Below are positions 1-12,968 of a stretch of 64,000 nucleotides of DNA, one piece after another. The stretch's first letter is position 1. Each line of letters starts with the position of its first letter. The position numbers were made by a program, and so were the translations under genes. The notes below the pieces were generated by a model, which had not been told where the DNA came from, did no database searches, and saw only the letters and a list, made by a program, of their open reading frames with translations. Source of the DNA: Sphagnum compactum (taxonomy: Eukaryota); the NCBI GenBank assembly GCA_965153455.1, contig OZ234494.1, positions 8,928,001 to 8,992,000 of the forward strand. The letters run 5' to 3'.

Positions 1-2167
1 TTTGCACACCTTCCATTCTTGTTTCACTCAAAGGTCTATCTTGACTAAAGGCCAATGGTTCTTCTCCCTCAACTTCTTCATGCACAACTACATTTTTCTT
101 CTTTCTCAAGATGAGGTACACCACCTATTTCCTTTGACCCTTCAATGAACACAACATCTCTACTTTTGATGATTCTCTTGGTTTTCACACACATAAAGCG
201 ATACGCTTTGGTGCCTTCGTAATATCCTAAAAACACACAAGGCATGGACTTGGAGTCTAATTTGGTCCTCTTCTCATCGGGGACATGTGCAAAGGCTTTA
301 CAACCAAAAACTCTCAAATGGGACACATCGGGTTTCCTACCACTCCACGCTTCTTGAGGGGTCTTGGAATCAAGAGCCTTGGTTGGACATCGATTTTTGA
401 TGTACACCGCCGTGTTCACCGCTTCGCCCCAAAATTCAAGTTCCAACCCTTGTGCAAGAATCATGCTTCTTGCGCATTCCATGATGGTTCTATTGGCACG
501 TTCCGCAACACCGTTTTGTTGTGGGGAATAGGGCGCACTTGTTTGTCGTTGAATTCCACATTCTGCAAGAAATGTGTCAAATTTCTTAGACACAAATTCT
601 CCTCCGTTGTCGGAACGTAGCACTTTGATTTTATGACCAATTTCGTTTTCCACAAACGCCTTGTATTGTTTGAACTTTTCAAACGCTTCTCCTTTGGCCT
701 TCAAAAGATAGACATGAGTTTTCCTTGAGAAATCGTCAATGAAAGTGAGAAAGTATCGCGCTCCACCATGCGATGTAGTCTTCATTGGCCCGCACACATC
801 GGTGTGCACAATCTCCAAAAGTTGTGAAGCCCTCGTTGCTCCGTCCTTAGGAAATGATGTTCTTTGATGTTTGCCTTTGACGCATCCTTCACAAATGTGA
901 TGCAACGGCACTTCTTTCAAATTCATGCCATCCACCATGGCATCTAACTCCTTAAGGCTTGCCATGTTGAGATGGCCAAGTCTTTCATGCCAAAGCATCG
1001 CACTTTCCTCCAAAGAATTTGCAATGTGTGCCATGTCCTTACGCACCTTCACATTAAGAAGGTACAAGTTCTTGTCCCTTCGTGCTTGCGCCACAACAAC
1101 TCCTCGAGCATCGTTGACCTTGCAACCATCCTTGTCAAACTCCACTTTGAAACCTTCCGAACTGAGTTTGCTCACCGAAATGAGATTATTCTTCATTTTT
1201 GGATGGTTGTGTGTGTCAATTGGCCTCCCACTTGCAATGTGGCTTTGATGCTCCCCTTGCCAATGGCCTCCAAAACGGTGTCATCGCCCATGAACACCCT
1301 CCTTGGGGAAATGCGCTCGTACGTGGTAAACCATTCTTGTTCGAATGTCATGTGTTGCGTTGCACCCGAATCGACAATCCAATCATACGTGGTATGATCA
1401 TTGGCACTCAATGCCGCAACAAACATTTGTTCGTGATCTTCACAAGCTTGATTAACTTTTTCTTTTTCATCATTTTTCTTCTTCAAACAATTTCTCACAA
1501 AATGTCCGGGTTTCTTACAATAAAAGCAAAGCTTCTCATTTGGCTTGTGAGTTTTGTTCACTAATGCGGTAGTCTCGGAATTCTCACATTCTTTTCTTTT
1601 GGACACTTCGTGAAGCAACCTTGCTACAACGAATTGAAGGTCTACATCTTTCGTGGACATGGACTCCAAGCTTGTGACTAAGTTATCAAAGGATGGAGGA
1701 AGGCTCATGAGGAGTACCATGTAAACATCTTCATCCGTAATGTTCACCTCGATGGAACGTAGTTGGTCCGCAAGGGCTTTCACCGTGTTGATGTGCACAA
1801 GCATGTCATCTCCTTCTTGCATTTTGATGGCGAAGAATCTCCTTCGAAGGAACAACTTGTTGCCAATGGTCTTAGCTTCATGCACACCACAAAGAGCCTC
1901 CCACGCACTTCTCACATTGTCACAATATTGAATGTGTGCAAGTTGGGCATCCGTGAAATGTTCGCAAAGCAATGCAAAAGCCTTGGTCTCTTTTTCGTTG
2001 TAATCGGCCCTTGCAACTTCTTCACTTGGCAAGGTGGCACTCCCATCAACAAATTTCCAAAGCCCATGTTTGGAAAGCATCATGTGCATTTTGAACTTCC
2101 AAAGGTGAAAGTTGCCACCATCAAACTTCTCCATGACTTTCAAGGACTCCATTTGAAAAGAAGACAT
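1..2167 (-). pseudogene. copia gag-pol (gag, zinc knuckle, protease, integrase), frameshifted
   Basis: ATG at 2167 (MSSFQMESLK); CFYCKKPGHFVRNC knuckle; WIVDSGATQHM protease; VHTDVCGP and LRSDNGGEF integrase. Relative to the intact copy there is a 19-bp deletion near 1200 and one extra A near 95, splitting ORFs 1193..2200 and 78..1196. Confidence 0.93.
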
Positions 2168-2825
2168 TTTGAACACAAATGCTACAACAAACACTCTCAA
2201 ACTTGAAAGTTGAAGTTTTCAACAACTAAAAGAACTATCTTCCAAACACTTTCACTTGGAAAACCTTGATACTTTCAAAAACAAGTTTTTCACACTTGAA
2301 AAACTTACAACACCTTGAAGAAATCTCTTCCACACCTCTCACTCACTTGTAAGACTATTCTCTTTGCAACCTTGCAAACTAAAAGCCTTCCCTCAAAAGG
2401 ATTCTCCCTTTCTATGTTGTACAAGCAAACACTTTCAAAAAACTTAAACGAAACAAGTTTCCTAAAAACCTTTACAAGAAACTTGAAAAACTTTTCTTAC
2501 ACCTCAAACTTCCATGTTGGAAACCTCAAAAACTTGAAGAACTCTCTTTCACACTTTTGAACTTCAAACTTGAGACTTAAAGACTTGAAGAACACTCTTC
2601 CACACTTAAAGAACTTACAACACTTTGAAGAAGTCTCTTCCACACCTCCCACTCACTTGGAAAAGTTGCAAGCTCCTTGTATGCCACCACTTGGAAATGA
2701 ACTCTCTCTCCCTTTGCAAACTAAGAACCTTGTCTCAAAAGGATTCTCTCCTTTTTCCTATGCAATACAAGCTCAAACCTTTCACTACTTCTTGTTCTAA
2801 CACAATGTCCTTTCTCTTGCTTGGT

Positions 2826-2839
2826 GTGGGCCCATAACC
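2826..2839 (-). promoter_or_regulatory. Primer-binding site GGTTATGGGCCCAC
   Basis: Directly abuts the LTR; complementary to the anticodon arm of plant tRNA-iMet (GUGGGCCCAUAACC). Confidence 0.9.
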
Positions 2840-3329
2840 TATTGGAAACAACTTGAAAACAAGCAAGAAATGCAACACTCAAGGTTCATGAAATGGAACA
2901 ATTGTATTAACTAAAATAAGATTACAAAGGTTGTATGCTTCAAATGCTACAATCATAAAACTATGGCTTGCAACAACTAACAAAGCTTGAAGGTTCTATG
3001 TGCACTCAACAACCATGAAAGGAAAGAATGAAAGACAATTCAAAACCACTCCATTATATACTATCTTCTAACCCTGAAGTAGCCGCCACTTAACCCTGAC
3101 CTAGCTGCCACCAAACCCTAACCCTAGCCGCCGCCTAACCCTAGCCGCCACCAAACCCTAAACCTAGCCGCCGCCTAACCCTAACCCTAGCCGCCGCCAA
3201 ACCCTAAGTAGTCTCCACTTCTAAACCCTAACCTAACAACTACAAGGATGTGTATACTATTCATCCTTTTGATGAATGTTTAACACATTCATCAACATTG
3301 GGAATTAGAAACGAATAGTATTTCTAACA
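2840..3329 (-). repeat. 5' LTR, family A1 (490 bp, TG...TA)
   Basis: Reverse complement reads TGTTAGAAATAC...TTTCCAATA; contains the TTAGGG/GGCGGC array and TATA box. Confidence 0.97.
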
Positions 3330-6236
3330 CATTCTAGCACTACCTCAAAGCTTGAATTGTTGGTGATGTGATGTGCATATGGCAACGGGTGCAGAGAGCT
3401 ATTAAGTGTACAAAAATGAAATGTGCCCAAGGAGAATTCACCTTCTACATGGTGACTTTGTTTTTGTGCGGATTCCTACAAAGTGTTAGAGCCAAGTATT
3501 TTTTTGGCAAATTATTCCCCCCATGCTATCTGAAGTAGACCTCTCCTAGAATAATTGTTTTATACATTTACTACATCTAGATTGGCACTGAAGCTATTTA
3601 TGATGGACAATGTCTATTTTCCAACGTTTCCTTGTTTACAATAATTTTTAATTGTTCACAAGCCTAGAACCATGGAGGCCATGGAGCAAATCCATGCAAC
3701 ATAATAAATGTAGAAATGATTTGTCGTCTTTGAAGTGTACTTGAAATCCACCATATAGGAAATGGCATGAGATTCTTAGGCTACATGTTTAATGGATCCA
3801 CTCATATGATGTTGTGTGTTGTATGAAATTCCATATTGGATGTCAACTCACAGATATGACATAATCTAATAAGGTATCTTTGCTTGATGTCCTTGACTGC
3901 AAGGTTGTAGGAATGTCACCAACCTGGCATATAGGGATGATAGACCATTTCAGCTATTGCTGATGCTTAAAAGGTGACCTTTCCTACTACTCAAGGTTCA
4001 CAACTTTGTACATATATGTGTTACTGTTTCATTGTTGCTTACCTTTTGGATAGATGAAATTTGATTGAGTCAGCATAAGCCCAATGGGGTTCTACCTCCC
4101 AATTGTAGCTATATTGGAGGACTCGATATGGTGTGATCACACATTTCAAGATGTAATAACTGCCACTGTAGAAATTGTTGGGTCCTGAGATTGGTATGTT
4201 TTCCTTAGTGTAGGTGCCACCTAGACACAAGAAGCACTTTGGGTTTTGATTTTTCTGTTAGGAAGAAATGACAGTCTTGTCATTATTACTATTCTATTTG
4301 GCATCTTCTTTGCACCTGGGATTGTCTTTGCCGGACAAGATGTAGACATGAAAGGCACATGCAGATCCTAAGCCTCTAAGATATTCAAAATCCATTTTTT
4401 TAGAGTTTGCTGGCTCTAGTTGTCTACCAGGAATCACATACATGCGATCGTTTTCACTTTGTTTGAATGATGTGCTAGCCATGCTAATGCCCCAAATGTA
4501 TGCATCCCTTATCCCAATAGTCTCATGCACCTATGTGTACAACATGTGTGTACCCAACACCTATGTTTCATGGCATTACTTGTGAGTGCACTTATGTATT
4601 TAATCTACATATTGGAGGTTAGATTATGTCTTCAACATTATGCCAAGAAATTTGGAGGTTATGCACAGGCCATTTGGCAGTGTTCTAAGGCTTGCTAGGG
4701 GCTGCACATGTTGCTAGTGCAAAGGGAATGTCTCGTCCATGCCTAGCGCACCTACCCAATAGATTCCCTCCAAAAGCTTGTAGGTATGTAGGCTTGATCA
4801 AGATGGTTGCCATCAGATATGACCAATTGGAACTACTGCGGGCCACATCACTTTGCCAAATTATGTTGTGCTGGCTTATGAGGCAAGATGGCTTTGCAAT
4901 GCCATTTGTGTGTCAAAGATATTAACATGGTACGTGATGTGGTTACGACGTGGACTATGCCACATGTGAGTGCCCTTTTGGACCCATTGATTCTAGCATA
5001 GGTTGCCTATGATTGATGACCTACAATGCATGTTCACCTAGCTCCTTGTCAGTATAGCTTTTGCACATGTTGTGAACTGATACTTGGGGCAAGGATCACA
5101 CAAATGTTGTAGATGGATTATTATCTCCAAGGCATTGACTTTTGTTGGAGGGTGATCAATTTTACAATGCAAGCCATTCAAGCTCAATGATAGCATTTTG
5201 GTCGAGGTGTGAGCACATTCATGAACTTTGATCTTCATCCACCAACAATTAACCCCCATAGATTAGTGTTATTGTAGATGGTTGTAGTCCCTTGTTGTCT
5301 AAGTTTCCAGTAGTCAGTGTCCCTCAAGGAACATGATTGTAACCATGGTCGTGACCATTTTTAGTATAATGAGCTTGCACCTTATTTTATTGCCACCAAA
5401 ATCTACATCTACAGTTTCAATTATAGTATATAGTACTATAATTTGGTATATAGTTTGGAGACTTTATTGTGATTGTGTACATGATGTCTATTGGATGTTC
5501 CATGCTGGTGACCTTTGTATTGTTGTATACACATGGTGGAACCTTTGACCTTGAAATCAAGATATGCTTCTCACTTTCATGGATCTAAATAATTAGGGTT
5601 GAATAGTTGAAGGGTTTAAACTAACAAGGGCTGACTTTGTACTCATTGGTGACCCAAGTTAAAGGGTTGCAAACTATATCTTGTTTGGATATACCACCCC
5701 TTAGCATGCTAACTTTTGTTTCAGCACAACACATGGCCCAAATGTGCCTTCTATAGTAGCAATTTGAGATGCCCCCAATATGTATGACAACAACCACAAA
5801 TCCATGTGCCATCAACTTTGTTTATTTCAAACCTCAAAAAGTACGAAAGCCATGCCTTACACTTTTGTCTATACATGTGAAAGATAGTTTGGACTTTGTG
5901 CATTATTTTACAACCATGTGAATTATGGCCCTAGGTTTTTACCAACTGCTCATAGAAACTTTAGTTAGAGTGTACACAATTGGTGGATGGATGTCATAGT
6001 ATTTGTATTCTATGGCCACAATCTAACACCGTAGACCTTCTAGTGGTGTTGTTTGTGGAGTCGAGGACTAACATGCTACTAAGCATATTTAAACAAGGAC
6101 AAACTCCTACACCTGTCAAGTTGATGGCCTAGATATGTTGTTATTATCATAAAAACCATTGTCATAGATATTGAGATGTTCATTGCTCCTTTCTGGGAAT
6201 TGGCACCCGAAATGCCTCTTGGTGTTCGCCCACCTG

Positions 6237-7689
6237 TGTTAGACATACTATTCGTTTCTAATTCATAATGTTAATGAATGTGTGAAACATTCATCAAAAG
6301 GATGAATAGTATTCACATCCTTATAGTAGTTAGGTTAAGTTAAATAGTGGTGGTTAGGGTTTGTAAGTGGAGGCTACTTAGGGCTTGGTGGCGGCTAGGG
6401 TTCGGGTTTGGTGGTGGCTAGGGTTAGGGTTTGGTGGCAGCTAGGGTTAGGGTTAAGTGGCGGCTACTTTAGGGTTAGGAGATAATATATATTGGAGTGT
6501 TTTTGAGTAGTCTTTCATTCTCTCCTTTCGTGGTTTTGAGTGCACATAGAATCATCAAGCCTTGTTAGTTGTTGCAACCATAGTTTTGTGATTGTAACAT
6601 TTGAAGCCTACAACCTTTCTGATTCTTGTTAATTAATACAATTGTTCCATTTTATGAACCTTGAGTGTTTCATTTATTGCTTGCTTTCAAGTTGTTTCCA
6701 ATAGGTTATGGGCCCACACCAAACAAGAGAAAGGACATTGTGTTACAATAAGTAGTTAAAGGTTTAGCTTGTATGGTATAGAAAGGGAGATCCTTTGAGG
6801 GAAGGTTTTTTAGTTTGCAAGGTTGCAAAGAGAGTGGGAGTCCATTTCTAAGTGAATGAGAGGTGTGGAAGAGATTTCTTCAAAGTGTTGTAAGTTTTTC
6901 AAGTCAGGAAACTTGTTTTTCAAGTTTGAGAAAGTGTGTGAAAGAGAGTTCTTTAATTCGTTGAAAGTTTAAAGTGTGTGGAAAAGAGTTCTTCAATTCG
7001 TTGAAAGTCTAAGGTGTGTGCAATAGAGTTCTTCGATTCATTGAAAGCTTGAGGAGTGTGGAAGAGAGTTCTTCGATTTGTTGAAAGTTTAAGGTCTGTG
7101 AAAGAGAAGTTTTCGAGTTGTTGAAAGTGTCAAGTTTTAAGTGTGTCAAAGAGAGTTCTTCCCATCGTTGTAATCAACAAAAGATTTGCAAGTGTTAGAT
7201 TTTCAAGTTTACGTGAGGTGTCAACAATTTTTTCCAAAGCTTTTGATCTTTTCAGAGTGTTTGTTGTAGCATTTGTGTTCAAAATGTCTTCTTTTCAAAT
7301 GGAATCCTTGAAAGTCATGGAGAAGTTTGATGGTGGCAACTTTCACCTTTGGAAGTTCAAAATGCGCATGATGCTTTCTAAACATGGGCTTTGGAAATTC
7401 GTTGATGGGAGTGCCACTTTGCCAAGTGAAGAAGTTACAAGGGCCGATTACAACGAGAAAGAGATGAAGGCTTTTGCATTGCTTTGTGAACATTTCACGA
7501 ATGCCCAACTTGGACACATTCAATATTGTGACAATGTGAGAAGTGCCTGGGAGGCTCTTTGCGGTGTGCAGGAAGCTAAGACAATTGGTAACAAGTTGTT
7601 CCTTCGAAGGAGATGACATGCTTCTGCACATTAACACGGTGAAGGCCCTTACGGACCAACTACGTTCCATTGAGGTGAACATTACAGAT
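6237..7689 (+). mobile_element. 3'-truncated copia family A copy (LTR, PBS, UTR, partial gag)
   Basis: LTR 6237-6703, PBS 6704-6717, gag ATG at 7284, 29-bp deletion near 7610; homology stops near 7689. Confidence 0.93.
6921..7130 (+). repeat. 40-bp tandem repeat in the copia 5' UTR
   Basis: TTGAAAG recurs at 6961, 7001, 7041, 7081 and 7121; unit approx. TTGAAAGTTTAAGGTGTGTGGAAGAGAGTTCTTCGATTCG. Confidence 0.9.
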
Positions 7690-7842
7690 CTTTCAAGGTC
7701 TGGACTCTGAACATTGGGTACATGTATGTAATCTTTGAAGATGCTTGCATCCTTGGTTCCTGATTTAGATAAGCGGGAGGTTTTGGTACTTGATGAACAA
7801 TCTTACAATATATTTCATGAGCTTTCAAGATGCCACACAAAG

Positions 7843-8351
7843 TGTTAGAAATACTATTCGTTTCTAATTCCCAATGTTGATGAATGTGTGAACATTCATC
7901 AAAAGGATGAATAGTATTCACATCCTTATAGTAGTTACATTAGGTTGAATAGTGGTGGCTAAGGTTTGGAAGTGGAGGTTACTTACGGCTTGGCGGCGGC
8001 TAGGGTTAGGGTTTGGCGGCGGCTAGGGTTAGGGTTTGGTGGCGGTTAGGGTTAGGGTTTGGTGGCGGCTAGGGTTAGGCGGCGGCTAGGTTAGGGTTAA
8101 GTGGCGGCTACTTTAGGGTTAGGAGTTAATATATAATGGAGTGGTTTTGAGTAGTCTTTCATTCTCTCCTTTCATGGTTTTTGAGTGCACATAGAACCTT
8201 CAACCTTTGTTAGTTGTTGCAAGCCATAGTTTTGTGATTGTAGCATTTGAAGCATACAACCTTTGTAATCTTCTTGTTAGTTAATACAATTGTTCCATTT
8301 CATGAACCTTGAAGCTTTCATTTCTTGCTTGTTTTCAAGTTGTTTCCAATA
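7843..8351 (+). repeat. 5' LTR of the A2 element
   Basis: TGTTAGAAAT...TTTCCAATA followed by PBS GGTTATGGGCCCAC. Confidence 0.97.
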
Positions 8352-8939
8352 GGTTATGGGCCCACACCAAGCAAGAGAAAAGACATTGTGTTAGAACAAG
8401 GAGTAGTGAAAGGTTTTGAGCTTGTATTGCATAGAAAAAAGGAGAGAATCCTTTTGAGAGAAGGTTTTTAGTTTGCAAAGTAAGTGGGAGTTCATTTCCA
8501 AGTGGTGGCATACAAGGAGCTTGCAACTTTTCCAATTGAGTGGGAGGTGTGGAAGAGACTTCTTCAAAGTGTTGTAAGTTCAAAAGTGTGAAAGAAATTT
8601 CTTCAAGTTTTTGAGGTTTTCAACGTTGAAGTTTGAAAAAGTGTGTGAAAGAGAGTTCTTCTAGTTGTTGAAAGGTTGAAGTTTCAAGTGTGTCAAAGAG
8701 AGTTCTTTGCCAATCCTACAAGTTTCAAGCCAAATTTCAAGTTTGTGCCAGAAAGTTTTTCAAGTGTTTGAGGGTTTCTTGTAAGGGTTTTGTTTTGTGA
8801 CATATAGCCATTGAGTGGGAGAGATTTCAAGTGAGGTCTTCAAACATTAGTAAGTTTTTCGACTTCAAATTCTCCCACTTGCACTACATTTGAATACAAA
8901 AAACATAGAGTGTTTGTTTTAGCATTTGTGTTCAACAAA

Positions 8940-10340
8940 ATGTCATCATTCCAAATCGAGTCTTTGAAAGTCATGGAAAAGTTTGATGGTGGCACCTTTC
9001 ACCTTTGGAAGTTCAAGATGCGCATGATGCTTTCTAAGCACGGGCTTTGGAAGTTTGCTGATGGGAGTGCAACAATTCCCCATGATGAAGATCAAATCAC
9101 GGATTATAATGAAAAGGCGACCAAGGCATTTGCACTACTTTGTGAACATCTCACGGATGCACAACTTGCACACATTCAATATTGCGAAAATGTCAAAAGC
9201 GCTTGGGAAACACTTTGCGGTGTCCATGAAGCCAAGACCATCGGAAACAAGGAGGTTCTTCACCATCAAAATGCAAGAAAGGGAGGACTTGCTTGCGCAC
9301 ATCAACATGGTGAAGGCGCTTGCGGATCAATTACGTTCCATTGAGGTGAACATTGAAGATGAGGACGTCTACATGGTACTTCTCATGAGCCTTCCCCCAT
9401 CTTTTGATAACTTGGTCACGAGTTTGGAGTCCATGTCAACCAAGGATGTTGACCTTCAATTCATCGTCGTTCGATTGCTTCATGAGGTTTCCAAAAAAGA
9501 AGAAAATGAAAGTAAAGAGAATGCCGCATTGCTTAACAAAACCCATAAGGCAAATGAAAAGCTTTGCTTTTATTGTAAAAAACCCGGACACTTTGTGAGG
9601 AATTGTTTGAAGAAGAAGAGTGATGAGAAAGAAAAAGCAAACCAAGCTTGTGATGATCAAGAACAAATGTTTGTTACCGCCTTGAGTGCTAATGATCATG
9701 TGAGAAACGATTGGATCATCGATTCGGGCGCAACGCAACACATGACGTTCGAACGAGAGTGGTTCACCACTTACGAATCCATTGCTGCACGAAAGGTGTA
9801 CATGGGAGATGACACCATTTTGGAGGCCATTGGCAAAGGGAGCATCAAGGCCACAATGCAAGTTGGAGGTAAAATGTTGCTTACAACCATCACACAAGTT
9901 CTTCATGTTCCGAAAATGAAGAATAGTCTCATTTCTATTAGCAAACTCATTTCGGAGGGCTTGAAAGTGGAGTTTGACAAGGATGGTTGTAAGGTGAACA
10001 ATGTCCATGGAACCGTTGTGGCGCAAGCACGAAGGGAGAAGAACTTGTATCTTCTCATCGTCAATGTTCGAAAGGAGAGTGCGAATGTGGCAAAGTCTTC
10101 GAATGAAGGAGCTACGCTTTGGCACCAAAGACTTGGCCACCTCAACATGGCGAGTCTTAAGAAGTTGGAGAATATGGTCAATGGCATGAATTTGAAAGAA
10201 GTGCCATTGCACCATGTGTGTGAAGCTTGCATTGAAGGCAAACATCAAAGGACATCTTTTCCTAAAGATGAAGCAAGTAGGGCTTCCAAGCTTTTGGAAC
10301 TAGTGCATAGCGATGTGTGCGGACCGATGAAGACCACATC
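8940..10340 (+). pseudogene. A2 gag-protease-integrase N-terminus
   Basis: MSSFQIESLK start; 14-bp deletion near 9250; zinc knuckle, WIIDSGATQHM and LWHQRLGH motifs; ends at DVCGPMKTTS. Confidence 0.92.
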
Positions 10341-10651
10341 ACCTTGCTTGCCTCCTCTTTTGGGGTCAAGTTTCCTTAACCCGAAAGTAGGAGTCCGATT
10401 TTGATTTGGGCCTACGCAAGAATGTTCCATTTGTCCAATGCCATTTGACAACCCTATTTGCACTTATACAAAATTTCTCGTGATGCAATCTCTTGGAAGT
10501 TTATATTTTTGCCTTTATTTCCTTTGCAACTTGATGCGGTACATTTTTATGTGACACTTTGCCCCACTAAAAGAAAGGTGATGTCCTCATCACATCCTAC
10601 GTCTTTTCTTCTTTGCCAGTCTAGTGTGGAATTCTTCTATTGCTTCTTGGG

Positions 10652-11253
10652 CAACAATTCGAAAACTTCTCTTTCACACACCTTAGACTTTCAACAAATC
10701 GAAGAACTCTTTTACTCACACCTCAAACTTTCAACGAATCGAAGAACTTTCTTCCACACACCTTCTCAAACTTGAAAAACTACCTCAATGGAACGTAGTT
10801 GGTCCGGAAGGGCCTTCACCGTGTTAATGTGCACAAACATGTCGTCTCCTTTTCGCATTTGATGGTGAAGAATCTCCTTCGCAGGAACAACTTGTTTCCA
10901 ATTATCTTAGCTTCATGCACACCGCAAAAAGCTTCTCAAGCACTTGGCAAGGTGGCACTCCCATCAACAAATTTCCAAAGCCCATGTTTAGAAAGCATCA
11001 TGCGCATTTTGAACTTCCAAAGGTGAAAGTTGCCACCATCAAACTTTTCCATGACTTTCAAGGATTCCATTTGAAAAGAAGACATTTTAAACACAAATGC
11101 TACAACAAGCACTCTTTCAAAAGATTGAAAGCTTTGGAAGAAATTGTTGACACCTCACATAAATTTGAAAATCTAACACTTGCAAATCTTTTATTGCACA
11201 AGCTTGAAATTGCAACAATGGGAAGAACTTTCTTTGACACACTTGAAGCTTGA
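10652..11253 (-). mobile_element. Deleted family A fragments (5' UTR pieces and gag N-terminus)
   Basis: gag ATG at 11085 on the minus strand; internal deletion near 10940; UTR 40-bp repeats at 10652-10782. Confidence 0.85.
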
Positions 11254-12968
11254 TAGACCAATTTCGTTCTCCACCAACGCCTTATATTGTTTGAATTTTT
11301 CAAACACTTCTCCTTTAGCCTTCAAAAGATAGACATGAGTTTTCCTTGAAAAATCAACAATGAAAGTGAGAAAGTATCGCGCTCCACCATGCAATGTAGT
11401 CCTCATTGGCCCGCACACATCAGTGTAGACAATCTCTAAAAGTTGTGAAGCCCTCGTTGCTCCATCCTTGGGAAATGATGTTTTTTTTATGTTGGCCTTG
11501 GATGCATCCTTGACAAATGTGATGCAACGGCACTTCTGGCATCCAACTCCTTAAGGCTTGCCATGTTGAGATGGTCAAGTCTTTTATGCCAAAGCATCGC
11601 ATCTTCATCCAAAGAATTGGCAATGTGTGCCATGTCTTTCGCACCTTCACATGAAGAAGGTACAAGTTGCTGTCCCTTCGTGCTTCCGCCACAACAACTG
11701 CTCGAGCATCGTTGACCTTACAACAATGCTTGTGAAACTCCACTTTGAAGCCTTCGAAAATGAGTTTACTCACAGAAATGAGACTATTTTTCATTTTTGG
11801 AACATGAAGAACTTGGGTGATGGTTGCGTGTGACAACTCGCCTCCTACTTGCATTGTGGCTTTGATGTTCTCTTTGCGAATGGCCTCCAAAACGGTGTCA
11901 TCGCCCATGAACACCCTCCTTGGGGAAATGTGCTCGTACATGGTAAACCATTCTTGTTCGAAGATCATGTGTTGTGTTGCACCGGAATCAACAATCCAAT
12001 CATACGTGCTATGATCATTGGCACGCAATGCAGCAACAAACATTTTTTCGTGATCTTCACTTGACAACTTCTTCACCTGGCAAGGTGGCATTCCCATCAA
12101 TAATTCCAAAGCCCATGTTTAGAAAGCATCATGCGCATTTTGAACTTCCAAAGGTGAAAGTTGCCACCATCAAACTTCTCCATGACTTTCAAGGATTTCA
12201 TTTGAAAAGAAGACATTTTGAACACAAATGCTACAACAAACACTCTCTAAAAAGATCGAAAGCTTTGGAAAAAATTGTTGACACCTCACGTAAACTTGAA
12301 AATCTAACACTTGCAAATCTTTTGTTGATTACAACAATGGGAAGAACTCTCTTTGACACACTTAAAACTTGACACTTTCAACAATTCGAAAACTTCTCTC
12401 TCACACACCTTAAACTTTCAACAAATCGAAGAACTCTCTTCCACACTCCTCAAGCTTTCAATGAATCGAAGAACTCTCTTGCACACACCTTAGACTTTCA
12501 ACGAATTGAAAAACTCTCTTTAACAACTTGAAAACTTCTCTTTCACACACCTCAAGCTTTCAACGAATTAAAGAACTTTCTTCCACACACCTTCTCAAAC
12601 TTGAAGAACTCTCTTCCACAAAAATTTCCAAACTTGAAAAAACAAGTTTTTTTTTCCACACTTGAAAAACTTACAATATTTTAAAGAAATCTCTTCCACA
12701 CCTCCCACTCACTTGGAAATAAACTCCCACTCTCTTTGCAACCTTGTAAACTCGAAACTTTCCCTCAAAGGATTCTCCCTTTTAATGCAATACAAGCTGA
12801 ACCCTTGACTACTTCTTGTTCTAACACAATGTCCTTTCTCTTGCTTGGTGTGGACCCATAACCTATTGGAAACAACTTGAAAACATGCAAGAAATGAAAC
12901 TCTCAAGGTTCATGAAATGGAATAATTGTATTAACTAACAAAAATCACAAAGGTTGTATACTTCAAAT
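11254..12968 (-). mobile_element. Degenerate family A copy (partial LTR, PBS, UTR, deleted gag, protease, start of integrase)
   Basis: LTR U5 end 12864-12968 is cut by the family B LTR; mutated PBS; gag ATG at 12216; large gag deletion near 12060; WIVDSGATQHM and CGPMRTTLHGGARYF motifs. Confidence 0.9.

Larger units (their letters stand above)
1..3329 (-). mobile_element. Ty1/copia LTR retrotransposon, family A1, 5' part (runs off the left window edge)
   Basis: 5' LTR 3329-2840, PBS 2839-2826, 5' UTR and gag-PR-INT are nearly identical to the intact copy at 34373-39943; right flank CATTC. Confidence 0.97.

Noticed and set aside
1193-1203. Programmed gag/pol frameshift
   Set aside because: It is a 19-bp deletion relative to the intact single-ORF copy.
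3330-6236. Host gene between the first two elements
   Set aside because: Short broken ORFs (e.g. 4039-4530; VCNPLT near 5660) look like decayed coding DNA, but no family could be assigned.
3330-6236. LTRs at 2840-3329 and 6237-6703 as one element
   Set aside because: They are oppositely oriented 5' LTRs, each with its own PBS, and have different flanks.
6921-7130. CRISPR-like array
   Set aside because: Contiguous degenerate tandem units with no unique spacers, in a eukaryotic retroelement UTR, with no cas genes.
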